Assembly (NCBI GenBank): GCA_010093815.1
Contig: ML996567.1
From: Pseudovirgaria hyperparasitica
Taxonomy: Eukaryota
DNA: 64,000 nt
Direction: 5' to 3' (one strand)
The number at the start of each line of letters is the position of its first letter. Within the stretch, counting starts at the first letter, position 1. The position numbers and the translations under genes were made by a program. Positions 26,528-38,434 of this stretch are shown here, piece by piece. Below the pieces are notes generated by a model. The model was not told the origin of the DNA. It saw nothing but the letters and a program-made list of their open reading frames with translations, and did not search any database.

Positions 26528-28554
26528 TTACATCCGCCAGCGACCTTCCTCCCCACCACCACCACCACTACCATTACTACCATTACTCTCCCTCTCCCTC
26601 TCCCTCTCCTCCATCTCCACTACGTCCTCCTCCCCCACGCCCACGCCCGACCGCGCACTCGCCGCCATACTATCATACGCCACCACCTCCACAGGCTCCT
26701 GCTCACCATACATATACGGCGGAATGAAATTCCCCCACAAGCTCGCCCACACGCGCACCCTGCACCCGCGCCGCGCCATACTCTCGCCAAACGAGCGCGT
26801 GCCGAGACAGCGACTGGGCGAGCGCCAGAGCAAGGCCACGGCATCCTCGATGGTGTCCACATCCTTGGTGGGCCGCATGTGGATGTCTAGGGCGTAGGGC
26901 ATGGGGGTGGGCATGGCCGTATCGGAGCCGAAACGGGGCGCAGGAAGCCAGGTCGCGAGGTAGCGCTCGAGGATCTGCTCTAGGTATTCGAGGTGGTGCG
27001 TCTGGATGCCGGAGAGGGCGAGGGCGCGGAGACGGGGCGGGTGGGCTTCGGCCTGGAGGTAGCGGTGGAGGAAGGATGCGGGGCCGATGACGAGGGTGTG
27101 GAGGGACGGGAGGGCATTGCGGAAGGAGGAGGGGGTGGCGGCGGAGTCGAAGATGTGGGGGCTGCCGCCGTCGTGGGAGAGGGAGGTGAGGGCGTGGGAT
27201 TGGAGGGCGAGGGCGGCGAGGAGGGTGGAGAGGGAGCTTGCGAGGAGGGGGATCGGGGAGTCGTGGAAGTGGTGTTTGCGTTCGCCGAGGGTGAGGGTTT
27301 GGAGGGCGCGGGGGAGGCGGAGGGTGGTGAGGAGGGCTGGGGCCGAGATGTTGCATTCGTCGAAGATGAGGGTGCGGAGGGAGGTGGTGTGGTTGGGGGT
27401 TGTTGTGGTGGTTGTTGATGGGTCTGGGGTGAAGTCGAGGCAGGAGAGTTTGATGGTTTCGAGGGTGGGGTGGTGGAAGACGGAGTGGTCTGGGAAGGCG
27501 TATTTGGCGTTGCCGAGGCCGTGGGAGTGGTATGTGACTGTTGGGGGGAATGGTATGTTAGGGCTGTGGTACTTGGGATTCACTTTGCTTTTGCTTACAG
27601 GACTTGAGGAATGCGAGGCTTCGATGTGCGGGATCGCGGAGAAGAGTGGCATTGCGGAAGAGATCCGTGACGTCGATGCGGCCCTTCTCGGCCCACTCGC
27701 GCTGGCCCTCGAGATGGGGCCGCCACTGGATGTCGTTGCAGCAGGGCGTCTCGATGAAGAGATGGCGGAGATGCTTCATTTCTCGGATCCTGGGATTGAT
27801 GTCTTCGATTCCGTCCTGGTCTTCGGCCAGGTAGCGGATGGCTAGACGGCGGATGTTTCGAGTCCGGATCGGGTTGTTGGCTAGGTCTCTGTTCATGCGG
27901 CGCGCGGCCTGGCCGGTGCGGATCAGGACGTCGCGATAGATGTGTTCTTGGGCGAACTTGCGCAGGCGGGTGCACGTGTTGCTGGCATTGAGTAGAGTGT
28001 TTCTCTCGTCGATGAGATCGAAGATGTGGATCAGGATCTCCGAGGGCAGGGTCAACAGAGCCGACTGCTCGTTATTATCATTTGGCATTATGGTGGAGTT
28101 TAGGTGTTGTTGTGGAGTGGAGGAAGCATGAAGTGAAGGAGCGGTGGTCTGGAACGTATTACCCTCGTTGCGGGGTTAGCGGGGCTAAGAAAGGGGGGGG
28201 GCTAGAGTGACTGGGTAAAAGGGGGGGGAGGGGGGTTGTAAATGCAATAAATGTGTAAGTGAATGCGATGCAATAATGCACGCGAGCTGAGCGTGAAAGA
28301 TGGGGCAAATCGTCTCCCAGCGTGGTGTCTGTACTTACACCGTCTTTACCATCCCCGTCTGCCATCGGAGGCAGACTCGGAGCAGCAGTATCAGCGTTCC
28401 GACTGCAGTCGGACGTGCCTCGGACTTTTGCTTCCGCTGATAGGGCTGATGATGCAGGGGCGGCATCGGAGTCGGAGGTGCTCTGGACTTGCCGGTCAAT
28501 ATCTACGTCTGGAAAGATGGTCCTCAGTGCAGCCTGTGATAGAAAGATGGGCAT
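26528..28554 (-). CDS. F-box/LRR-like protein (exons 28554-28339, 28148-27599, 27537-26528)
   Basis: LLTLPSEILIHIF F-box followed by LxxL repeats, ending FIPPYMYGE. Both introns have a GTAAG donor and a CTAAC branch point and keep the frame. The first exon is less certain. Confidence 0.75.
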
Positions 28555-28593
28555 CTTTGGGAATGTACGTCTCACAGCACAGGTGATTTCTTT

Positions 28594-28634
<41 letters not shown>

Positions 28635-29102
28635 TTGGAGTGTGCGAGTGAGACTTTAGGTGTAGGGTAGTTAGTAATAGTAGGGAGCCACTAACCGCGC
28701 GGGCATACAGTGCGCACCATTCCCATAGTGACAACAAAAAGGCTGGGAGGCCAGTAGTTAGCCGTCCGAACTCTTCCGTGAGAACCAGAAAAAAGACAGT
28801 ATACCATGAGCTGCAGGAGGTTCATGGCGTCGGAAGACAGCTGATTCACTGACTCCCCCCCAAACCTCTATCGAGTCCAGCAATGTGGTTTCTTGCTAAT
28901 TTCATTGCTTATACTGTAACGATGGCGACTGACTTGTCCCGTGGATGGTCACTCATGATTAGGTACTTAATGTAGAAGATAAGATTATAGACTTGATTGT
29001 GTTGAATTGATCATTGTAAGACTAAGAGAGAGAGAGAGAGTCTCAAGTGAGCTATTTAATGTCTCAACCACTAGTCCTAATCTAGTAATTATGACTACTT
29101 AT

Positions 29103-29699
29103 CTAACATGGATACCATTTAGCTTCTGAAACACCATACTTTACGCGCCATTTACCAATATCGAAAGAACCGGCTTTGTCACCACATGACTCCTTGATTG
29201 CGGCGTGAATGGCTATGAGATCGCTGAGGTGTACAGTCTGCCTGTAGCCGCTATTGCATCCATAGGCCATGACAGAGCCATTATCTGATTTCATAAACCT
29301 GTCGAAGGACAGCTCACCATTTGTGGTATTTATAACCTCAGTGAAAGCCCCTGCGAGAGCCTTCTCATAGTCTTCTTGAGCTAACTTCTCGTCTGTACAT
29401 GTAGGTTTTATAGTTTCCAGATACGTCGGTAGTTTAATACGGTCAAACCCATGTATGACTTCAGCCCAAATCTGGTCCCAGACGTTGTAATATCCGGCTT
29501 GATAGTATATTTTTCTCCATTGGACTGGACTTTTGCGTTCTGGGTCTTCGAGTAGAGTTTTAATCTCCTTTATAACTGGTAGAGTGATAGTTTCTCGTAT
29601 CATGTCTGGGTCGGTTTCCGGAAACGGGCGTCTTCGATCGGCGATGACTAGGCTAGTAGTAGCTGCTACTATCGTAATGAGGGTTTTTGAGAAATGCAT
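29103..29699 (-). CDS. Small secreted protein, effector candidate (198 aa, 4 Cys, intronless)
   Basis: Signal-peptide-like MHFSKTLITIVAATTSLVIA, a TATAA about 30 nt upstream, and AT-rich codon usage. Confidence 0.75.
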   Translation of the reverse strand: MHFSKTLITIVAATTSLVIADRRRPFPETDPDMIRETITLPVIKEIKTLLEDPERKSPVQWRKIYYQAGYYNVWDQIWAEVIHGFDRIKLPTYLETIKPTCTDEKLAQEDYEKALAGAFTEVINTTNGELSFDRFMKSDNGSVMAYGCNSGYRQTVHLSDLIAIHAAIKESCGDKAGSFDIGKWRVKYGVSEAKWYPC

Positions 29700-30012
29700 A
29701 GTAGAGTGTTGTAGGTAGATGCACTTATAAATGGAGTTTACGGGAACTCGAAGATAATTTATAAATCTCACCCATGGTCGCGAAATTACTAGTTTCATTC
29801 TATCTTTCCATGATTCGCGCAGGTATTATAGGAGTAGCATAATGTCTCATTAACAAGGTCATTAATGAGGCATTTTTTAAAGAAATCCCGAAAATAGAAT
29901 TAATCTGAAACGTCCATCCATATACTGGCTTCGTGATAGCTATAAATTTTAGTGCACGCCACAGACAGTAAAATCTTATAAGTCAATCCTTGTCCAACGC
30001 CGATTAGTCCAT

Positions 30013-30101
30013 CATCCTCCACGCCTTTATCGTTATTTTACCTAATATAGTCACTCATCCTCCACGCCTTCATCGTTACTTTACCTAATATAGTCCCTCA
30101 T
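30013..30101. repeat. Tandem duplication of a 43-bp unit
   Basis: catcctccacgcctttatcgttattttacctaatatagtcact followed by catcctccacgccttcatcgttactttacctaatatagtccct. Confidence 0.95.
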
Positions 30102-30883
30102 TCTGCACCGCGATATTAAAGATGGTGTTCATTGTAGGTATCTCGTCATTGGTATCCCTTCATCGTACTCGGCGCAACTATTCTATACCGATCGTAGCAC
30201 TTTGGTCCTGCGTGGATTTACTCTGGTGTCTGCGGTCAGAATGAACCACCCGCAGTAATCCCCTCCTCATGATATGACTCTACTTGAAGGAGCCATATTC
30301 CTCTCCATAGCCTATGAAGATCATTGCAGCTGTGGCACATGACCATTCTTCGTTCGAGATTTACGACCAGACGGGAAATGATACAGATCAAGACCCACTG
30401 TGAACAGTGCAATGCATGCACCACGTCCAGGACGTGAAAGAGCCCAATTCACTTCAGGCGATGTTTTTGATATCTACACAACATTCTGTTCATGCCATTG
30501 TGAATCTGAATCACCAAAATCCTTGCAGGTAACAAGACTGGCATGACAATCGCCGTTATGCAGTCGCAACAGTCACTGAACTTGAGCCTGTGTAGTAGTT
30601 CGTGCAGACGTAGAATACTTAGTTGGCTCGTTAGAATCACGCATCCCATCAAGATGTGACTTGCCACAAATATCGGTGAATCCGAGTAGCGACCTAGTTT
30701 CTCAAATCACACGTCGATGAATCAACGTGACTATCCCAAGGTAGAGAGATCACTTCTCCCTGGAACTCGATAGGCATCTACAAGTACAAAAGAATAGAGA
30801 AGAGCAAGGATGCATGGAAGCCACTCACCACTTCTTCTACCACTTCCCGATTACCGAAAGAAAACAAGTATCAATCCCAAAAC

Positions 30884-31352
30884 ATGACACCATATCCAAG
30901 CTCAACTCTCGATCTGCAGAACATAACGGCAAGGAAGCAGGATCTCCTCGGTACAATCCCCATCTCCTGTGCCTTTTGTCAGTCGACTAACGAACGTAGA
31001 CCTTGCTTCGCACGTCTTCTACCAACCTAACCACGCAGTCATTCTCGCCCAGACCGAAGGTCCAGACGCACAGTGGATAGCATGGCTTGTGACCACAGCC
31101 GCGCCTCCCGATACCAACCTCATGCTGCCCCTGGCGCGTGGAGCAGGGGGCAATGTCTGGAGGGCGCTTGAGAGTCTGCGGACCGTGCTGCAGGAGGCGT
31201 TGAACAAGTCAATGAAGGGAGGCGCCGTTGGAGTTGCGGTGATGAAGAAAACGGCTCCTTTCTTCTGGAATGATGGTACTACGGTTCATGTGATTCCGGA
31301 CTCTTTCCCTGACATGGTTTTGGCTGTCTCGGATACTACGTCGCAAGCATGA
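30884..31352 (+). CDS. Unknown small-protein family, member A (139 aa; intron 30951-30999)
   Basis: The intron GTACAA...CTAAC...TAG joins MTPYPSSTLDLQNITARKQDLL to DLASHVFYQPNHAVIL. It aligns with members B-D. Confidence 0.8.
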
Positions 31353-32163
31353 ATGACGAATGTGATGGCTTATTTGGCGTGTTCAGTTGCATATAATCGA
31401 TTCTGGTGTTGTGAAATAATGCTTTAGTCCAAGCAGATAGCGCCCGCAGATTCGTGGTGCCAGTGAGCAAGTATCACGGGTGACCTTGAGCTTGATTCCC
31501 TAACTGTTGCCAACCCCGTGTTTATGTCAAGCCGTTTAATATTGTCATCTGCAGTTTGGGCCCCTATCAACCACCAACTGGCACCGCATCCATTGAGAGT
31601 CGCGTTGTACGAATGATGAATGCAGTAAAGCATGGCGTAGAGCGAGCATAACAGGAAACTGGCGCTTTGGTAGTGGTTACCATAGTTTGATACTAAAAGT
31701 TGTTGGATTTTCTAGTAGCTTGATGTTTTTTACTCGAATTGTCGTTTGCGACAGCCCTTGAACCTGGTTCGAACGAGATGCTTGGCATGGTGTTGAGGCG
31801 CAGGCGTCGCCCTGCGGCCTTACTTAGTAAGGCTTAACCCGGGGACAGACGCCATTTCACCCTCACGTTCAAGCCTCGAAGTAGTGACCGCGGCGCCAGC
31901 GCCCTCGATGTCAGCGTGTGATCGCTATATTCTGCATTGCCATCGGCCGCATCCAAGAACGTCTTCCACAGCGGAGTGCTCTTGAGCTGTCCTTCCACCG
32001 TAGCTAATCATGCTACAGCGGATCTGCACGGAATGTTGACAAGCTTTCCTTCACATTATACCTATCAACCACTGAACAACGAGGCAACTTGAAAGACGTG
32101 TCGTGAGACTAATGACATCGCAAGGAAGCACTGACTTCGCACGTCTTCTCTATTGTGCTCACT

Positions 32164-33693
32164 ATGAGTGTTCATACGCGAAGCCTTCTCCAATTTCCCG
32201 CAGGCGATAACTCAACCGACACATTCATTAATGGCGTGCATTACAATCGAACAACCCTTGACTTGTTCAGCTACCAGCTGTATTCGAACGATACGATCTC
32301 GAACGGTTCCAACTGCTTCCTTGTCTTCGACATTTACCACCCTTCGTTGCTGCCAAACGGCTCATGGATAAATGGAACATCATGTTACACCCCATACTAT
32401 GGCATAAGGACAAGAGGATCATTGAGCATCGCATTCGGAACTGCGTTTGGAATAACACTGGTGTTCACGTTGGTAAACCTTCGCAAACATGGACGCATGT
32501 ATCTTCGGGAAGACAAGAGATTTAAGATTATAGGAAGACGTTGGCAGTGGTATTGGATGATCTTTGTCGCGGTATGCGGACTCGTCAGCTGCTTCACAGG
32601 CATTGATGTTGAGCGCTTCTACCTTCAAAGTTTACCAATCGTGCTCCAAAGCTTCTTTTTCGCATTGATGCTTCCTGGGATGCTGGCAGCTGTATGGGAG
32701 GCAGTCAGGCACTGGGGCTCGTTCTCGGAAAGACGAGTGAGCGAGCGGGACCCATATCTCCTCATAGACGATGATAGACGAGCTAAGACTGAGTTCTACT
32801 TTCCCTTGGTGTTCTATGTCTTTGCTTGGCTAAGCTTCTTCCTGGTAATTCCACGGAGTTGGGGCAAGCTGCAGCAACAACGATCGCCTGAACAGCAAGC
32901 CGAAATAGCTGCGCCAAATGCAACAAACATCAGGCTCAAGATCGGTGGCATAATAGCAGCTGTCGCTTGGTCTGTGATTGTCTATTCGCTCTTTCATTCA
33001 GCGCGACACTACAGTACGCGTTCACAGAACCGCATCCCACTCAAGCTTGTTGCTGCCCTTGTCGTACTGGCCATCAGGATAGCATATTCGACTGCTTCGG
33101 CCTACGTATGGGACATCGGTATCTCCAAGTTCGATGGCGATCCGGCATGGCCATTCGCGCTAGGCTATGGCAGCTCTCTCTTACTGCTTGTCATCCTCGA
33201 GATAGCTGGGCTCAGAGACGAAAACGAGGACAAAGTGATCATACAATTGCGCCGAGAAATGGGACGTGCCGTAGATGCTGAGCTTGGATACAAAGCGAAA
33301 CCTTCTTGGTGGAACAAAGCTGCTGCGTCCATGCATCTGAATCACGATGATAGACTAAAAGCTATCACTCGTGAAGCACCAGTTGATAGACAGACTCATT
33401 CAGATCTGTTTGAGGATGTTGAAATGCATGCCTTTGATCCGCCTTCGGAGAATGGGTCGCAATCTGCTGACCATCCGGACCCGTTCAGAGATCCGAGCCT
33501 CACTGGTAGTGTCACACCATCGCATGAGGCGACGCATATGATGCGATCATCATCGAGACCTCGAGGTGTGGCGTCAATAGAAACGATGGATAGCGCTAGT
33601 ACCTCTATCTCGGAGACCACAGGGATGACTGGACAGACTCTTGATAACGATGCTCAACCTAAGAGGGAATATCGAAGTATGTTGGACATATGA
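32164..33693 (+). CDS. Conserved fungal multi-pass membrane protein (DUF2434-like)
   Basis: NGVHYNRTTL...NDTISNGSNC, GRRWQWYW, DVERFYLQSLPI and WEAVRHWGS, with several TM segments. Confidence 0.8.
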   Translation: MSVHTRSLLQFPAGDNSTDTFINGVHYNRTTLDLFSYQLYSNDTISNGSNCFLVFDIYHPSLLPNGSWINGTSCYTPYYGIRTRGSLSIAFGTAFGITLVFTLVNLRKHGRMYLREDKRFKIIGRRWQWYWMIFVAVCGLVSCFTGIDVERFYLQSLPIVLQSFFFALMLPGMLAAVWEAVRHWGSFSERRVSERDPYLLIDDDRRAKTEFYFPLVFYVFAWLSFFLVIPRSWGKLQQQRSPEQQAEIAAPNATNIRLKIGGIIAAVAWSVIVYSLFHSARHYSTRSQNRIPLKLVAALVVLAIRIAYSTASAYVWDIGISKFDGDPAWPFALGYGSSLLLLVILEIAGLRDENEDKVIIQLRREMGRAVDAELGYKAKPSWWNKAAASMHLNHDDRLKAITREAPVDRQTHSDLFEDVEMHAFDPPSENGSQSADHPDPFRDPSLTGSVTPSHEATHMMRSSSRPRGVASIETMDSASTSISETTGMTGQTLDNDAQPKREYRSMLDI

Positions 33694-34021
33694 ATTGTTT
33701 CACGCCCAGATCTATCGAACATTTCTGGTTCACACAAATAAAAATCGTTGTTAATCGTCTATGTACGCCGGAGCTCCTAGCTAAAAGCATTTCTATCCAA
33801 GGTATATCCACCATTTATCTATCCTTTGAAACGTCTATCCTCGTTGTTACATAGTACGACAGTGTCGAGATGCGTTTTTACCTAGACACACGCGCTCGAC
33901 ACTTCCAATTGACTGCCGCAAGACTTCGTCACGGATGTACCGGGCAGCGAATAGTGCCACTGAGCGGCTCGAACGCTTCATCTCTTGCGTTTCTATGGAT
34001 ACCACGCTCATCTTGCACTAT

Positions 34022-35043
34022 TCATCGCAACTCGACATTCTGAGACTGTGCATCGCTGTTGGCGTCACTCTCGACATCCTTCTTTCCTTTCTTGGTGCGG
34101 AACTTGAAGTCACCAGCAGCATAATTGCCCTTGAAGGCGACTCCAGGGTGCAGGCCTGTGAGACATATGACAGCGATACTGATCATTGTGCCCTCAAGCG
34201 CCATGAACAATGGTTCATTGTTCGCCAACTCGCTGTCAAAGCCCTCGAAAAGCTCGGCTACACGATACACGCTTCGGACGAAGATTGTAAGTGTAGCCAC
34301 ACCGAGACCGATCAAGAAGGCTTTCCAGATAAAACTAGACCTCAGCACAGCAAATGCCGGATCCCGTTCGCTGCGGCGCTTATGCGCAGACCACGCGAAG
34401 TCGGCACACAACAGCATGAAGACCAGGAGGGAGACGACTTGCGCAACGAGACCAGCAATCATGATGTTGATGCCCAGATCATTTGACTTCTCGTCATCAG
34501 CAGTCGAAGCAAGAGCACCGCCGAGAGCTTGCAGGACGAGAGATAGGAGGTCACAGGAGACGAAAAGAACGGTGTAGGTACGCGGCTTGAGGCGAGAGAG
34601 AGCGGGCGAATAGATGACAATGATACGGCCGAGGCAGAGGTAGATTGCAGCGGAGAGGAATGCAGGGCCAATGGTGAGGCAAATGAGGTATCTGTGGACT
34701 TGTCAGCACGAATCCGCTGTGACACAAGGGCGGATGAGGCGACTCACAGTAGAAAGTTATCGAACAAGAACGGATTGTTGTGTAGCAAGAGTCGCCCTAC
34801 GTATCCGAGCAACTCGAGTACCAGTCCGAAGACCATGGCGACCATGTAGCCCCATGTTTTATGCTTGATGCCGAAGAATAATTGCAGCAGTAGACAGACA
34901 CCGAATACGATACAGAAGAAGACATTTCCGGCTACGTTTGGGAGATAGTGGAAGCGGGCGATGTCGATTGGGCAGATGTCGAGTGTGCATTGGTCGAGGT
35001 CGGTGATGACCTGCCCGGAGGGTAGAGTGATGGAGTCTGACAT
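34022..35043 (-). CDS. RTA1-like 7-TM membrane protein (intron 34692-34747)
   Basis: YLPNVAGN, LELLGYVGR, CLTIGPAF and RSVYRVAELFEGF...NNE...LEG...HPG. Confidence 0.9.
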
Positions 35044-36664
35044 TATCGCCGGTGCTGGAGCTCAAAATTCGCAAACAAAATATCGGAATGAATACCCAAT
35101 GGCTCCTGAAGTATATATCTAGTCGAAGAGGCGAAGAGTCAATGACGTGGTGAGATGGTAAGATGAGATGCTGATTCGAATCTCGAAGTCCCACGTCCAT
35201 TCTCTTATACGAACACACATTCTCAGCCGTTAAGCTGAGGTACGGGCAAACCAGACCTCCGACCCCATAACATCCCAAAACGCGCCTAGCACTATTGTTG
35301 CAATGCGTAATATTCCAACAGAGTGAGACTGCGCCCACTAGCCATTGTCCTCTCACCGAACCGGTCAAGCCGTATCGGGTCGGACATATATACACGCTGA
35401 TTGGCTGTACACTTTCACAACTGCTCGTAAACAGCCTAGCTCCCCCATCAGAGCACATCTCCGTTCACGACGTCACGTGTAGTAAGCGAAAAATCAACGA
35501 TGCACTGCCTCACTAGTCGGACACGGGCGCGGTATACTTCTCGATCGGTATCATCACTTCTCACTTTATAACGGCCGGGGTGGGAGTTGCGCCGGCCCGG
35601 ACTCTTGTCACATACCACATACCGGGCCCTCGTCGTCTCTCCTTGCTTCAGGCAGCAAGCCACAAGGATCATCGGTGTCATTTTTAGAATCCTCTCTCGC
35701 ATATTGCGCTGCTTGAAGGCCTAGCGTGCTCACGATATGCCCTGGTGGTTGGCGGCACGATACTTCTTGGCAAGCCCTTCGATCCTTTGACGCGTGTGCA
35801 GCAATGGTTGAATGTACCCAGTGGAATGAATGGAAGCTTAATCTGCCGGACACGGAGCTTGAGATTCGGATCGTGGGCCGCCATTGATGCAAGGCTGAGT
35901 TTTGGGGCTGGTGCTGCTGCTCCTGATCCTAGGACTTCTATGGTGCTCAAGTTGGTTGTTTCGTTCATGGACACGTGATATAAGCGAGATGTCGGAGGTT
36001 TTTTTTGGAGGGTCGGGTATAATATGTACAGCCTACAGGATCATCTGAATGGGTTGAAGCCTCTGTTGGCTCGTATTGAAGTCAATTTGTTCCGCAAGCG
36101 TTGCCTCTTTTGGGCATAATTCGGGCGGAGGACTCGTGGAGTTATAGTGCCTACGTGTTCCTTGGCAACGGCCCCCGTATACCTAGACTATGGATATTTT
36201 CCCATGCTTGACTATCGTTCCATTTATCAGTTTGGCCTTGCCACTAACGCTCGTTCGCGCTGGTGATATAGTTGTTCGAGCAGCTTCGTACGGTTTGAGT
36301 GTCTGACGATAGTTCAATCTGGACGTTCCGCAATGCAGGCACTCGATCTGTAGACGTTCAACAGTACAATGCGTACATACAGGCAAGATTGCTTCCGTTT
36401 CAACCGTATTCTTCTGGCTTTGCGTGTCAGCAGCATACTACTGACTGGATTTCAAAAATACGGGGCTGGGCGTTGTCGACTAAATCTACCTTCGAAGCTG
36501 CAAAACTGTCCCAGAAGTGTATACACCGATAGTGCGTCGGTCTGGAAACTCACCAGTTCCTATGTTAATACGTCGTCGGTCCGTCCGTCGCTTTGGTTCT
36601 CGATATAACACTAGTCAACAAGCTGATGTACCAACGATTGCCAGCTATTATCAGATGAATGTTT

Positions 36665-36797
36665 TCAATCTCAATCTTAATCTTATTCTCATTCTCAAAC
36701 TCATTCTCATTCTCATTCTCATTCTCATTTCCATTCTCGTTCTCGTTCTCATTCTTAAGCTCATCTTCATTTCCAGTCTCGTCCTCATTCTCATTCT
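36665..36797. repeat. Degenerate (ATTCTC)n hexamer microsatellite
   Basis: Seen directly. It produces the spurious ILILIL, ENENEN and MRMRMR ORFs. Confidence 0.9.
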
Positions 36798-36875
36798 CGT
36801 CGCACTCATTATTTTGATACAGCTGAAACCGAAACCGCCCGCACACCTGTGTTCCCATCTCAAGGACTTTGCATC

Positions 36876-37784
36876 TCAACTACCTTGTACGCCCCTCAAA
36901 TCGATCTTCATAATCACCTGGTCCTTGACCTTCCCATCACTGGACAAGGCGCCGACATGACCGTTGATGAAGCCCTGCATATGCTCTGCCAGTACCTCCA
37001 ACGCACCCTGAAAGTGCCAGCATCCGGTCGCCCCCGTGATCACCTTGTAGCTCGTACTTTTCTCCGGCGTGTCGTCGTGGGAGATCAGGTGTGCGCAGTG
37101 CTGGCTAGGGCCATGGCACGTCAGCATCACCTCTGGATTCACCAACGTCCACACCGCATGGGCGTTCTCTAGAGAAGGAGGACACTTCGTTAGCGGCAGG
37201 CTAGCAGGGACCAGCTCGGGTGCTGAGCTAGGGATAGGGAGGGGGCCGTTCTGGAGGGGGGGCGGGGGGGCAAATAGCGTAGGTACCGATGATGTTGCGT
37301 TTGAGCGACGCTTCGTAGTCGAGGTTGCGCTGGGCGAAGAATGGCGTGCGGTCGAATGGGTAGATCAATGTGCGCGGTGGGCCATACGCGCCCGCCGGCG
37401 GAGGCGGCGAATTGGCCGTGTGTGGATCGGACATGGGCTGGGGCTCTTAATGTCAATCGGGTAGCTAGCTAGGCAGTATGTAGCAGCAAGCCTCATACTA
37501 GTCGGAAGAAGAACAAGAAGAAGAGGTGGTGGGTTCGCGATACTTACGTGGTGGGCGATGATCGTGTACGGTTGAGGGGTGGATGGGTCGGGTGTGGCCT
37601 GTGGGCTCATGCTGTCGGTGGCTTGACGGGGAGAACTGGAGATGATGTGCTGCTGTTGGAGAGTCTCTTTGTCGGCAGAGCCATTTTGAGGTTCGTGTGT
37701 TTGTGTCACGGACGGTTCGTCTGAGGTTTTGTGGGCCGGACAGGGTTGGTGATTGGCATGTGTGCTGGTCTGCTGTACAGGCAT
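36876..37784 (-). CDS. Unknown small-protein family, member B (exons 37784-37548, 37437-37287, 37168-36876; alternative start at 37434)
   Basis: The intron 37169-37286 (GTACCT...GCTAAC...TAG) gives LKRNIIENAHAVWTLVNPEVML. An upstream phase-0 intron at 37438-37547 adds a disordered N-terminus. Confidence 0.8.
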
Positions 37785-37963
37785 TATCCCGGACGCTACA
37801 AGGTGATTCCACGTGGTGATCGTAGGCTATATTACCACATCCATATTCACTTTAATCCTAATGTTCAACGAGCTATCGAGGAAGTGGTCAACCGTGAGTG
37901 AAGTGGCATTGGCTGAGTATAAAGCAGCTACCAAGTCTTCTGTAATACTTTGCGGGTTCCAGA

Positions 37964-38434
37964 TTAAGAAGACTGGTCTCCCGACTGGGATAGGGAAGTT
38001 GGGACTCTATATGACCCCCACAGCATGGCAATTGCATCAGCATGACTGTCGTTCTTGTCGCCTCTCTCGTGGTATCTGATATCCTCGCCTATCATGTTGT
38101 CGTAGATGGTGTCTACTGCATGCTGAATTTGCTCGAGCAGAGAGGCCAGAGCGGCTTCTTCACTGGCGGCCATACTGGGTGGGAGAATGAACATGTAGGT
38201 AGACTGCGATCGTGGATTGTCATGACCAGTCAGGTAAGCGCTGAACAGTGGTTCTCCCTTTTTACTACGCCCAACTACGATGGCAGGGTTAAGAATTATC
38301 AGGATGGCAGACGCCTGATCTATATGGGTCAGCACTGGATAGTCCGATCGATGGTAGTGGCTAAACAGCTTACCAAGAATCTTGTCCTTCAGAAGCTTTT
38401 GCATCTGCAGCTCCTCGAGTTCTGTCATGGTCAT
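37964..38434 (-). CDS. Unknown small-protein family, member C (138 aa; intron 38320-38373)
   Basis: Removing the in-frame intron GTAAGC...GCTGAC...TAG gives LKDKILDQASAILIILNPAIVV. Confidence 0.8.
   Translation of the reverse strand: MTMTELEELQMQKLLKDKILGKLFSHYHRSDYPVLTHIDQASAILIILNPAIVVGRSKKGEPLFSAYLTGHDNPRSQSTYMFILPPSMAASEEAALASLLEQIQHAVDTIYDNMIGEDIRYHERGDKNDSHADAIAMLWGSYRVPTSLSQSGDQSS

Noticed and set aside
31817..31833. Inverted repeat GCCTTACT-T-AGTAAGGC containing TTAGTAA (Yap1-like site)
   Set aside because: A single short palindrome cannot be distinguished from chance.
35448..35974. Possible fifth family member downstream of member B
   Set aside because: It has a gene-like start and a possible phase-1 donor, but I found no branch point or acceptor giving the family motifs in any frame.
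36517..36960. ILILIL, ENENEN and MRMRMR ORFs
   Set aside because: They are translations of the (ATTCTC)n microsatellite.
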